From Eubacteriales bacterium (GTDB lineage Bacteria; Bacillota; Clostridia; Oscillospirales; CAG-272), in assembly GCA_045578385.1 (NCBI GenBank), contig JAZNKD010000024.1, forward strand, positions 44,774 to 108,773: a DNA stretch of 64,000 nucleotides. The letters are read 5' to 3'. Every line of letters starts with the position of its first letter. Position 1 is the first letter of the stretch. The notes under the pieces were generated by a model that searched no databases, was not told the origin of the DNA, and was given only the letters and a program-made list of their open reading frames with translations. The position numbers and the translations under genes are program-made. This document shows positions 27,266-36,448 of this stretch, in pieces.

Positions 27266-29374
27266 ATGAAAAATAATAATAAAAATTTCAAAAAATTCTC
27301 ATCGCGCTCATCGCTGCGCGAAAAAAGCAGACGCGAGCTATTGCGTATTGCCGAAGAGGTTAACGTCGGAACAAAAGCGGCGAAAATAAAATTTACGGAA
27401 GAGCCCTATCCGAGAAGCTTTCAAAAGAGAAAGGATATTTTTGCCGAGGGTATATTCAGAGAATCCTCGGGCGGATACGGCTTCTGCCGTCTCGAAAACG
27501 GTAAAAGGGACGTTTTCATTCCCGAATCTCATACCTTAGATTCGCTTGACGGGGATCGCGTTAAAATTAGATACCACAAGTTTTTGTCCTCCAACGGCGA
27601 GGAAAAGACAGAGGGCAGAGTCCTTGACATACTTGAATTTGGCAAAAAGACGATTACGGGTACTGTCGAAAACGATTTATACCGTATAGGCAAACGCAGG
27701 ATAAACCGTCTTTTCGTCATACCAGATGACGGAAGTATAAAAAAACGCATTTTTTTGAATTACGACGGAGGGGCAAAGGAAGGCGATAAGGTGCTCGTTA
27801 AGCTCAACAGATCGGCACATTCTTATACGCTGACAGCCGACGTAATTTCTAATTTTGGTGACAGCACGTCACGCGAAGCAAATTACGATGCCATTCTTGC
27901 AGAATGCGAAATTGATACAGAGTTTTCTAAAGAAGAGCTCAATATGGCAGAATATGCTGCATCCGAAGTAATAGATACTCAAAACAGAGTCGTAAGAGAT
28001 GAAATAATCTTTACTATAGACAGCGAAAGCGCTAAAGATCTTGACGACGCAATATCGTTAAAAATTAATACGAACGGCACTTATACCCTCGGAGTTCACA
28101 TTGCCGACGTCTCGCACTATATAAAGGAAAAGACCGCGCTTGACAGACTTGTTATGTCTCGCGGCACAAGCGTTTATTTCACGGATAAGGTTGTTCCTAT
28201 GCTTCCACCCTCGCTTTCCAACGGAGCGTGCTCTTTAAATCCCGGAGAGCCTAAATATACACTTTCCGCGATTATGACGCTTGACAAAGACGGAAACATC
28301 ATAAATACCTCTATCGAACCTTCGGTAATAGTAAGCAAAGTAAAGGGCATATACTCGGAAATCAATAAAATTTTCGATAAAACCGCAGATGCACAGCTCT
28401 TGGAAAAGTACGCCGAGTGTTTAAATACTATTGAAAAAATGCACACGCTATACGGTGTTCTTGCAAAAAAATCCGAAAAGCGCGGGTCTATTGACCTTGA
28501 AAGCGCCGAGGCAGAAATACTTCTCGGACAAAACGGAGCGCCTGTTGATATAATAAAACGCGAACGAGGCGACGCTGAAAAAATGATAGAGCAATTTATG
28601 CTTACGGCTAATGAAGCCGTTGCCACTCTGATGCTTAAAGAGTCAATTCCTTGCGTATTCAGAGTTCACGAGGAGCCGCCCGCGGATAAATTTTCGGACT
28701 TCCTGAATTATGCTCATAACCTTGGCTTTAAGACCGATTTTATAAATGCGGAAAAGTGCAATCCGCGCGACCTCTCAAGGCTTATTGAAGAAGCCAAGGA
28801 ACGCGGTATAGGAGAAGCTGTTTCATATGCCTGCTTACGTTCTATGTCGAAAGCCGTTTATTCGGAAATTCACCGTCCGCACTTCGGACTCGGTATCGAA
28901 AACTACTGTCATTTCACCTCTCCTATAAGGCGTCTTTCAGACCTTGCCACCCATAGAATTATTCACAAGGTTTTACTGGAAGGCGCTCCGAAAGAAAAAT
29001 ACAAATCATACGCAAAGCGCGCAGCAGCTGCTGCAACCGACGGAGAAATACGCGCACTTACCGCTGAAAGACGCATTGAAAATCTCTATAAGGTAATTTA
29101 TATGGAGAAGCACGTCGGCGAAGATTTCACTGCTATGATCACATCGGTAACCTCTTTCGGAATTTTCGCAACCCTCGAAAACACGTGCGAGGGGCTGATA
29201 CCGATATCCACTTTAGAGGGCGGCTCCGTATACGATGAAAAGAACGTTACCATAAGAAACAACAAAACTTATTACAGAATCGGCGACGTTATTGAGGTCA
29301 GACTAGAAGAAGCCGATATTACCCGAGGAAAGCTAAGATTTTCTCTACTGTTTAAAAGGGGTAACGAAAATTGA
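27266..29374 (+). CDS. rnr: Ribonuclease R (RNB family 3'-5' exoribonuclease)
   Basis: It has a cold-shock-like N-terminal region and the RNB motifs DSESAKDLDDAIS, HIADVSHYI and HFGLG..YCHFTSPIRR. The C-terminal S1 domain ends in RGKLRFSL. Confidence 0.9.
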   Translation: MKNNNKNFKKFSSRSSLREKSRRELLRIAEEVNVGTKAAKIKFTEEPYPRSFQKRKDIFAEGIFRESSGGYGFCRLENGKRDVFIPESHTLDSLDGDRVKIRYHKFLSSNGEEKTEGRVLDILEFGKKTITGTVENDLYRIGKRRINRLFVIPDDGSIKKRIFLNYDGGAKEGDKVLVKLNRSAHSYTLTADVISNFGDSTSREANYDAILAECEIDTEFSKEELNMAEYAASEVIDTQNRVVRDEIIFTIDSESAKDLDDAISLKINTNGTYTLGVHIADVSHYIKEKTALDRLVMSRGTSVYFTDKVVPMLPPSLSNGACSLNPGEPKYTLSAIMTLDKDGNIINTSIEPSVIVSKVKGIYSEINKIFDKTADAQLLEKYAECLNTIEKMHTLYGVLAKKSEKRGSIDLESAEAEILLGQNGAPVDIIKRERGDAEKMIEQFMLTANEAVATLMLKESIPCVFRVHEEPPADKFSDFLNYAHNLGFKTDFINAEKCNPRDLSRLIEEAKERGIGEAVSYACLRSMSKAVYSEIHRPHFGLGIENYCHFTSPIRRLSDLATHRIIHKVLLEGAPKEKYKSYAKRAAAAATDGEIRALTAERRIENLYKVIYMEKHVGEDFTAMITSVTSFGIFATLENTCEGLIPISTLEGGSVYDEKNVTIRNNKTYYRIGDVIEVRLEEADITRGKLRFSLLFKRGNEN

Positions 29375-30192
29375 CACAAAAAATCAAATTCATAACGATA
29401 ATCAACTTCTTGTTTTTGTTTATTTTGGGATTTGCGGGAGCTATCGAAAACGAGATATTGTCAAACACGGTGTACTACCTTGCGTTTTTAATTCCTATTG
29501 CTTTAGGATTAAGCTATATATTAGGAGAAGGCACAAAATTATCCGGCATCGCACTTCGAAAATCAACGCTCGACGATTTTAAAATAAACAAAAAGGACAT
29601 AGCCTTTTCGTTACCGCTGATAATTCCCGAAATGGCTGTTGTTGCTTCTATATCCGTTGGAACAACGGCATTGATGCGTTTTTTCGGTCAGGAAAACAAC
29701 GCATCGTATAATGAAAGCTTCGTATTTGCTGTTTTGCTTCACGCACTTATACCCTCTGTGCTTGAAGAGCTGCTTTTCAGGTTTATCCCCGTAAAGCTTC
29801 TCAAAGATAATGCAAAAAGTGCAATAATTATATCCTCCATAATGTTCGCTTTTGCTCACGCGAATATTTTTCAGATACCCTATGCGTTTGCAGCGGGCAT
29901 TATTTTCGCTTCGATTTATATATGCACGGGCAGCATTTTCCCCTCTGTTATTATGCACTTTATGAATAACTTGTTCTCGCTTATGTCGATATACGGCATT
30001 CCTTACATGTGGATATGGACGCCATTTGCCGTTCTTCTTGTTATATCAGTCACGGTTATAATAATACGGAGAAAAGAATATCTTAGAGCAATTAAATTTC
30101 TCACATCGGGAGAAAAAGCCGAAATAGGCTTCCCGCCTATTTTATTCATTTTACTTTCGCTTGTTTTATCAATATCTGTATTTTTTGCTTAA
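29371..30192 (+). CDS. CPBP family intramembrane glutamic endopeptidase (CAAX protease/Abi-like)
   Basis: Motifs are EELLFRF, FAFAHAN and HFMNN. The start is a TTG that overlaps the rnr stop, and its position is uncertain. Confidence 0.75.
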   Translation: MTQKIKFITIINFLFLFILGFAGAIENEILSNTVYYLAFLIPIALGLSYILGEGTKLSGIALRKSTLDDFKINKKDIAFSLPLIIPEMAVVASISVGTTALMRFFGQENNASYNESFVFAVLLHALIPSVLEELLFRFIPVKLLKDNAKSAIIISSIMFAFAHANIFQIPYAFAAGIIFASIYICTGSIFPSVIMHFMNNLFSLMSIYGIPYMWIWTPFAVLLVISVTVIIIRRKEYLRAIKFLTSGEKAEIGFPPILFILLSLVLSISVFFA

Positions 30193-30223
30193 AAGCTAAC
30201 TATTATTTGCTTTTGGAGGGATT

Positions 30224-30682
30224 ATGAACGAAATTGATGATTTAAAATATATGGATGAAGCAATTATCGAAGCGGAAAAAGCCGAAGAAATCGACGAGGT
30301 TCCGATAGGCGCTGTTATCGTTCATAACGGTAGCATTATTGCCAGAGCCCACAACACGAGAGAAACCTCAAAATGCGCAACGCACCACGCGGAGATTCTT
30401 GCCATAGAGGAAGCCTGCCGCGCTCTCGGTGGATGGCGTTTGCCCGAAACTGCGATTTACGTCACGCTTGAGCCTTGCGCTATGTGTGCAGGCGCTATTA
30501 TCAACGCAAGAATTCCGACCGTAGTATACGGTGCTTCGGATTTGCGTTTCGGAGCATTCGGCTCTCTTATAGACCTATCCGAAATACCGCTTAATCACAA
30601 GCCTGAAATAAGACGTTGCGTGCGACACGATGAATGCCGAAATCTTCTTAGCGAATACTTCAGAAAAAAAAGAAAAAAATAA
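30224..30682 (+). CDS. tadA: tRNA adenosine(34) deaminase
   Basis: The deaminase zinc motifs HAEILAIEEA and PCAMCAGAI are present. 152 aa. Confidence 0.9.
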   Translation: MNEIDDLKYMDEAIIEAEKAEEIDEVPIGAVIVHNGSIIARAHNTRETSKCATHHAEILAIEEACRALGGWRLPETAIYVTLEPCAMCAGAIINARIPTVVYGASDLRFGAFGSLIDLSEIPLNHKPEIRRCVRHDECRNLLSEYFRKKRKK

Positions 30683-30753
30683 ATACATAAGGCTCCTCGG
30701 ACAAGACGCGTCAGGGGGGCTTTTTATTAACACTAAGCAAAAGAGGTATTCAA

Positions 30754-31908
30754 ATGAAAATAACACATGTAATAAGCGATACTAATATAGGCGGCGCAGG
30801 TATTCTTTTAACGTCTGTTGTAAAAAATCTAAAAAACGAATTTGATTTTGAAGTAGTTTTGCCGAGAGGCTCGCTTCTCTACAATAAAATGCCCGACGGA
30901 ATAAAAATCACCGAGCTTCAGGTTTCAAAGGATAAAAGCTTTTCAAGCACGGATTTCCCTACCTTTTACAGTTATTTTACAAAAACAAAACCCAACGTAT
31001 TACACACTCACGCGTCTTTAACCGCAAGGCTCGCGGGAAAGCTTGCATCGGGCGCGTTCTGCATATCCACAAGACATTGCGCAAAACCAATGGAAATCCA
31101 AAATAAATATTCGCTTCTAAAAAGCAAGCTATATAACTTCTGCACCGACATAACCGTATCCACTGCAGACTTTGCAACGAAAAATCTGGTATCCGAAAAT
31201 ATACCAAGAAATAAAATAATCACCATAAAAAACGGCTCGCCCGATTTAAAAAGGCGGGGTACGTGTGATAAGAAATCGGTTTTTGAGGCGCTCGGACTAC
31301 CCGAGAATACAATGATAATTGGCTCTGTTGCAAGACTTGAAAAGGTAAAAGGCCAGGATCTGATTTTAAGGGCTGCGCCCGAAATACTTATGCACTTTGG
31401 CAACGTGCATTTTCTGTTTCTCGGCGCGGGTAGTATGATGAACGAATATAAAAATCTCGCGGCAAGCCTCGGAATTGAAAAGCACGTTACCTTTCTTGGA
31501 TTTATTGAAAATCCAGAAATATATCAAAGATGTTTTAAAATCAACGTCAATTCGTCGAGAGGCACCGAAACATCCTGCCTTGCAACCTCGGAATGCCTAT
31601 CTCTTGGAATACCTACGGTCGCTTCGGATTTTGGCGGAAACACCGAAATGATAAAGGATTTTGAAAATGGGTTTATATTTTCATCGGATAACCCTCATAT
31701 ACTTTCGGGAATCATAATAAGACTCTTAAAAGATAAAGCTCTGTATAAAAAGCTATCTTTGGGTGCAAGAGAGAGCTATCTATCCTCATTTTCTCTTGAC
31801 AGAATGATAAACGAATACCGACGGCTCTACAAATCGGTTGAAGCGGCAATCGAAACAAAAAGAAATCAAAAATTTTTTAAAAGCTTTTACCCCGAAATCA
31901 ATTTCTAA
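30754..31908 (+). CDS. Glycosyltransferase family 4 (GT-B fold)
   Basis: N-terminus KITHVISDTNIGGAG. The C-terminal motif is SSRGTETSCLATSECLSLGIPTVASDFGGNTEMI, an E-x7-E-like region. Confidence 0.8.
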   Translation: MKITHVISDTNIGGAGILLTSVVKNLKNEFDFEVVLPRGSLLYNKMPDGIKITELQVSKDKSFSSTDFPTFYSYFTKTKPNVLHTHASLTARLAGKLASGAFCISTRHCAKPMEIQNKYSLLKSKLYNFCTDITVSTADFATKNLVSENIPRNKIITIKNGSPDLKRRGTCDKKSVFEALGLPENTMIIGSVARLEKVKGQDLILRAAPEILMHFGNVHFLFLGAGSMMNEYKNLAASLGIEKHVTFLGFIENPEIYQRCFKINVNSSRGTETSCLATSECLSLGIPTVASDFGGNTEMIKDFENGFIFSSDNPHILSGIIIRLLKDKALYKKLSLGARESYLSSFSLDRMINEYRRLYKSVEAAIETKRNQKFFKSFYPEINF

Positions 31909-31949
31909 GCTTTCTTACAAGCACAGCTTATACATTATTTATAAAAAGA

Positions 31950-31979
31950 TTGACAAAAGTTCTGAATTTATGCTAAAAT
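31950..31979 (+). promoter_or_regulatory. Sigma-A promoter abutting the rimM start codon
   Basis: TTGACA (31950-31955), 18-nt spacer, TAAAAT (31974-31979). The conserved RimM N-terminus begins at ATG 31987. Confidence 0.5.
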
Positions 31980-31986
31980 GGTATGT

Positions 31987-32499
31987 ATGAAAAGAGAATT
32001 TTTGGAATGTGGTAAAATAGTGGGCGCTCACGGCGTCAAGGGACTTGCCAAGGTTGAAAGCTGGTGCGATTCGCCTAAGATTCTTGCTGTGCAAAAGCAC
32101 GTTTTCCTCGCCGAAAAGGACGGCAGCTATAAGGAAATCAAGATAGAATCCGCATCGGTAAACGGTCAGATAGTTCTTATGATGCTCTCGGGTTATTCCG
32201 ACAGAGAGCAGGTTCAAGGTATGAAAAATACAGTTCTGTATTTAAAAAGAGAAGATATACCCTTGAAAAAGGGCGCTATGCTTCTTGCGGATATTATTGG
32301 GCTTGACGTAGTAGATATTGATACGGGCGTTACCTACGGTAAGGTGAAGGATATAACGGATGCTCCAAGATCGCGCATATACGTCGTAGAATGCACAGAC
32401 GGAAAAGAGGTTCTAATTCCCGACGTAAAAGAATTTATCAAGGAGATAGACGCCGAGAGAGGCGTGCTTATACGCACGATACCCGGTTTCTTTGACTAA
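31987..32499 (+). CDS. rimM: 16S rRNA processing protein RimM
   Basis: MKREFLECGKIVGAHGVKGLAKVESW matches the RimM N-terminus. The track start at 31978 lies inside the predicted -10 box. Confidence 0.85.
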   Translation: MKREFLECGKIVGAHGVKGLAKVESWCDSPKILAVQKHVFLAEKDGSYKEIKIESASVNGQIVLMMLSGYSDREQVQGMKNTVLYLKREDIPLKKGAMLLADIIGLDVVDIDTGVTYGKVKDITDAPRSRIYVVECTDGKEVLIPDVKEFIKEIDAERGVLIRTIPGFFD

Positions 32500-32500
32500 T

Positions 32501-33268
32501 ATGAAGTTTCACGTTATGACGCTTTTCCCCGAGCTTATTGAAAACATACTCGGAGAAAGCATTATAGGCAGAGCCAGAAAAGAGGGATATATTTCCCTTT
32601 CGTGCTATAATATCAGAGATTTTTCGAATGATAAGCACAGGAAAACGGACGATACTCCATTTGGAGGTGGAATGGGTATGGTAATGACCTGCCAGCCGAT
32701 TTTCGACTGCTTTGAAGAAGTTAAGAAGAACGTTTCGAACGGTGCGCGCACCAGAGTTATATATATGTCGCCGAAAGGACGGCATTTTACGCATGAAACT
32801 GCAAAAGAGCTTTCGGAATATGACGAGCTTGTTTTCCTTTGCGGTCATTACGAAGGCGTCGACCAAAGAGTTATCGACAGCATTATCGACGAGGAGCTTT
32901 CTATAGGCGATTACGTTGTTACCGGCGGAGAAATCCCCGCTTGCATCGTCATAGACGCTACATCACGTCTTGTTAACGGAGTTCTTGCCTCAAAGGAATG
33001 CTACGAGGATGAGTCTGTGGCCTCGGGTATTCTCGAATATCCGCAATACACTAAGCCGAGAAGCTACAACGGTATGGACGTTCCAGAGGTGCTTCTTTCG
33101 GGAGACCATAAAAAAATTGCACGCTGGCGTCTTGAAGAATCAGTAAAAATCACAAAAGAAAGACGCCCCGAGCTTCTTCTAGCTCATCCTGAATTTGAAG
33201 AAGCTCTTAAGCCGCGCGAGAAGAAAACCAGAAAAAGAAAGGTAAAAGACGAACCAAATGAAATCTAA
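32501..33268 (+). CDS. trmD: tRNA (guanine37-N1)-methyltransferase TrmD
   Basis: N-terminus MKFHVMTLFPELIE, plus the GGEIPA motif and LEYPQYTKP. Confidence 0.9.
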   Translation: MKFHVMTLFPELIENILGESIIGRARKEGYISLSCYNIRDFSNDKHRKTDDTPFGGGMGMVMTCQPIFDCFEEVKKNVSNGARTRVIYMSPKGRHFTHETAKELSEYDELVFLCGHYEGVDQRVIDSIIDEELSIGDYVVTGGEIPACIVIDATSRLVNGVLASKECYEDESVASGILEYPQYTKPRSYNGMDVPEVLLSGDHKKIARWRLEESVKITKERRPELLLAHPEFEEALKPREKKTRKRKVKDEPNEI

Positions 33269-35135
33269 GTTTTTGGATTTTATCTTTGGATACGAAGTAT
33301 CCGAAAAGCGTTTTGAAGAAAGTACGCTCGTAAAAACAGAGAAAAAATTTTCAGATAAAATTATAAGCGGTCTCGGTTCCGTCTATTCCAAGAGGGTTTT
33401 ATCGAGTCCCGCGGCAGCTTTTATTTCCAATTTCAGAAATGCTCTGGCACAAGCTTCTCTTAAAAGCTACGGAATTCTTTTCTTGGCTTTCGGACTTCTT
33501 ACTATGCTTGCAAACTTCGCTGAGTACTATTTTCGCGCATTGCCCGAAAGTCCCGCATTTGAGCTTGCGGTAGGTATAGTTTTTGCGATTGTCTCAATTC
33601 CTCTGCTTTTTGCGGATATGCCGCTTGAAACATCGTTAAAAAAATTCAGATTTATTGAATTAATTCTCTTTGATTTCCTATGCATACACAGAAGCCGCGA
33701 GGTTGCAAAACCTAATAACAAGCAAGAGTTCGGATGGCTTATTCCGCTTTTTGCGGCTATCGTGCTTGCTACGTTCGGTTTCATATTTCCGCTCCGCATA
33801 ATTCTTATCTTAATAGCCGTTACAGTTCTTTTTGCACTTGCAATATCATCTCCCGAGTTTTCGCTGATGATGACGCTTATTCTTTTACCCATAGTCCCTA
33901 TTCTGCCAAAGCCGTCACTCATACTGACTGCTCTTGTGGGAATAACCGCGTTATCTTTTTTAATTAAGGTATTGCTCGGAAAAAGACTGTTCCATTTTGA
34001 GCAATACGACGCAGTCATGCTGATGTTTATGCTGTTCGTTATTATAAGCGGAATATTCAATAAAGGTATCGTTTCTTTTGAAAACTCCCTTATTATCGTT
34101 GCTCTCGGATTCACGTACTTTTTGATAAGCAACATTCTCGTAAACCGCAGACTTGCGGAAAACGCAGTAAAGATAATCGTTTTTTCATCAGTCCCCACGG
34201 CAATATACGGAATAATAACCTATTATTCCACGTCCGTACGTCCCGAGTGGGTGGACCCTATGTTCGATAACATAGCCTCGCGCGCTTATTCTACCTTTGG
34301 GAACCCGAATATATATGCTGTTTTTCTGATAGTTACCACAGTCTTTTCCGTAGCATTGACACTTGAGAAATCAGAGAGAAAATATGCTCCGATTTATGCG
34401 ATAATTACAGCCCTCAACGTCTTTACTTTGGTGCTTACCTGGACACGGGGTGCATGGCTTGCGATAATAATATCGGCTATCGGCTTTGCCGTAATCAGAA
34501 GCCGACGCTGCCCGAAGATACTTCTCTTCCCCGCACTTCTTGCGCCTGTATTCATCGCTTTTATTCCAAAAGATATAATCGAGCGCTTTCTTTCTATTTT
34601 CAATATGCAGGATTCCTCTGCAATATCTCGTCTTTCAATATGGCGTTCATCGCTCCGTATGTTCTTCAACAATTTCTTTATCGGAATCGGAGTTGGTAGC
34701 GACGCATTTTCGGAAGAATTCCTTAAATATGCCGAGGACAGCGTTACAGCTCCGCACAGTCATAATCTTTTCCTCGAAATCGGCTGTGAGATGGGTGTAT
34801 TCGCGCTGATTTTGTTTATGTTTATGCTCCTTATAAGAATAAGACACAGAGCTACTTATGCAAAATACGTCCGTAACTCATCAGTTGATAATCTCTGTAC
34901 GATATCGGGCACTGCTCTCTTCGCCCTTCTGGTTTTCGGGATGACCGATTATATATGGTATAACAACACTATGTACGTTCTTTTCTGGGCAGTTTTCGGT
35001 ATTGGAAGCGCAACACTCCGTATATCAAAAAAGGAGTATGACGACTCTCTCGTTGCAACCCCGACAGAAGCAGAAGATTATTCCGCCGAAATAAACATTA
35101 CGATTGATACGCAAAAGATGAAGCGCGACGCATAA
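33258..35135 (+). CDS. O-antigen ligase/polymerase family membrane protein (Wzy_C-type)
   Basis: 625-aa polytopic protein with the characteristic loop LTWTRGAWLAIIISAIGF and HSHNLFLEIG. Confidence 0.7.
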   Translation: MKSKFLDFIFGYEVSEKRFEESTLVKTEKKFSDKIISGLGSVYSKRVLSSPAAAFISNFRNALAQASLKSYGILFLAFGLLTMLANFAEYYFRALPESPAFELAVGIVFAIVSIPLLFADMPLETSLKKFRFIELILFDFLCIHRSREVAKPNNKQEFGWLIPLFAAIVLATFGFIFPLRIILILIAVTVLFALAISSPEFSLMMTLILLPIVPILPKPSLILTALVGITALSFLIKVLLGKRLFHFEQYDAVMLMFMLFVIISGIFNKGIVSFENSLIIVALGFTYFLISNILVNRRLAENAVKIIVFSSVPTAIYGIITYYSTSVRPEWVDPMFDNIASRAYSTFGNPNIYAVFLIVTTVFSVALTLEKSERKYAPIYAIITALNVFTLVLTWTRGAWLAIIISAIGFAVIRSRRCPKILLFPALLAPVFIAFIPKDIIERFLSIFNMQDSSAISRLSIWRSSLRMFFNNFFIGIGVGSDAFSEEFLKYAEDSVTAPHSHNLFLEIGCEMGVFALILFMFMLLIRIRHRATYAKYVRNSSVDNLCTISGTALFALLVFGMTDYIWYNNTMYVLFWAVFGIGSATLRISKKEYDDSLVATPTEAEDYSAEINITIDTQKMKRDA

Positions 35136-35239
35136 ACGTCTTTTATCTGCATAAAATCAATATAGACTTAATCTACGTTAAGTCTAAGACTTTTAAAGGG
35201 TGTCCTAAATTGGACACCTTTTTGTAAAGCAGGATAAAT

Positions 35240-35617
35240 ATGCGATTTAGTAAACAATTATTGTCTGTTTTCGTGGATTTTTTGTTTTTAACTTTTTTAT
35301 TCTTTATGATTGCCGCTTCGGCAATAGCATTAAGATTTCTTTTTTATCCAAAAGGCGAAACCAGTGAAATTATTATTTGCACAACCGAAAAACTGCCTTT
35401 GTCGTTTGAAAATACACTCTCTGTAAACGATACGGTTTACGACCCTATTTCAAAAAGAAAAATCGGAGAAATAAAAAACCTAAAACCTATTTATGACGGA
35501 GAGCGTGTTAAATTTATCATAGAAATAGATGCAAAATTCAAACCAAAATCCGATAGCCTCAGGACAAGGTCTCTTTGGTTCAGATATTATATAAATTCGG
35601 AGGGTACAGAAGCTTGA
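35240..35617 (+). CDS. Small N-terminally anchored membrane protein (possibly DUF4330-like)
   Basis: 125 aa with one TM segment. It lies downstream of the O-antigen ligase-like gene and is paralogous in layout to the next ORF. Confidence 0.45.
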   Translation: MRFSKQLLSVFVDFLFLTFLFFMIAASAIALRFLFYPKGETSEIIICTTEKLPLSFENTLSVNDTVYDPISKRKIGEIKNLKPIYDGERVKFIIEIDAKFKPKSDSLRTRSLWFRYYINSEGTEA

Positions 35618-35979
35618 AAAAGCTATTCTTTTTTGATGCTTTTTATATTCTTTCCTTTATTGCTGTTCTTTTCGTTCTGGGTTTTCATATAGGGAAGGAA
35701 AAAGACGGTTATATACCGATTGAATTTACCGTAACTATACGTCCGGAAAAGATTTCCGGCATCCCCGATGAAAATAAAACCGCGCTTGTAGACGGAAAAT
35801 ATGAAACCACCGTTTTGGAATTTTGTGACGAAAAAATCGTAATTTTATGCAAAGGATATTATTCAGAGGCGGGATATATGCTGTGCGGAGCAAAATACAT
35901 TTCCCAAAATCAGCCCATAAAGGCAAATCAAAATTGGGGATATTTTGACGGTAGGATATATGAAATAAGCGACTTATAG
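35614..35979 (+). CDS. Small N-terminally anchored membrane protein (possibly DUF4330-like)
   Basis: The preferred start is TTG at 35614, with GGAGGG 9 nt upstream. It has one TM segment. The track ORF starts at 35575. Confidence 0.45.
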   Translation: MKKLFFFDAFYILSFIAVLFVLGFHIGKEKDGYIPIEFTVTIRPEKISGIPDENKTALVDGKYETTVLEFCDEKIVILCKGYYSEAGYMLCGAKYISQNQPIKANQNWGYFDGRIYEISDL

Positions 35980-36094
35980 CGTTTTTTAACTAAAAAGCCT
36001 TATTTTCTATAATTATTTTCAAAAAAGTATTGATTTTTATTTTTTTATTTGGTATACTTGTACTACTAATCGAATTCCCCAAGGAGTGCAACTA

Positions 36095-36358
36095 ATGATT
36101 ACTCGCAACGTAACAATGGAGAATGGTGTAGGACTTCACGCAGGTCCCGCTTCCCTCTTTATTCAAAAGGCAAATTCTTACAAAAGCTCTATCTGGGTAG
36201 AAAAAGACGATTGCCGCGTAAATGCTAAGAGCTTGCTTGGCATTCTTTCTCTCGGCATCTCAAAAGGCGCTACTATCACGATTATCGCTGACGGTAGTGA
36301 TGAGTCTGAGGCTGTTGACGGTCTTTCCGAGCTCATCTCGGGCGGATTTAAGCACTGA
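36095..36358 (+). CDS. ptsH: Phosphocarrier protein HPr
   Basis: With a start at ATG 36095 (AAGGAG 8 nt upstream), His15 falls in GVGLHAGPA and Ser46 falls in NAKSLLGILSLG. Confidence 0.85.
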   Translation: MITRNVTMENGVGLHAGPASLFIQKANSYKSSIWVEKDDCRVNAKSLLGILSLGISKGATITIIADGSDESEAVDGLSELISGGFKH

Positions 36359-36448
36359 TTTTACATAGCTGTCAGATTAGGTTTTAAGGGGCTGTCTCTA
36401 CGTGTTTGAGACAGCCCCCTGCCTTATTAACAGAGAAAGGAGTAGCTC

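Noticed and set aside
36095-36358. Considered whether the stand-alone HPr gene, with no adjacent EI/EII genes, is unusual.
   Set aside because: ptsH is frequently unlinked from other PTS genes in Firmicutes, where it also serves in catabolite control through Ser46. Both His15 and Ser46 are conserved here, so nothing is anomalous.
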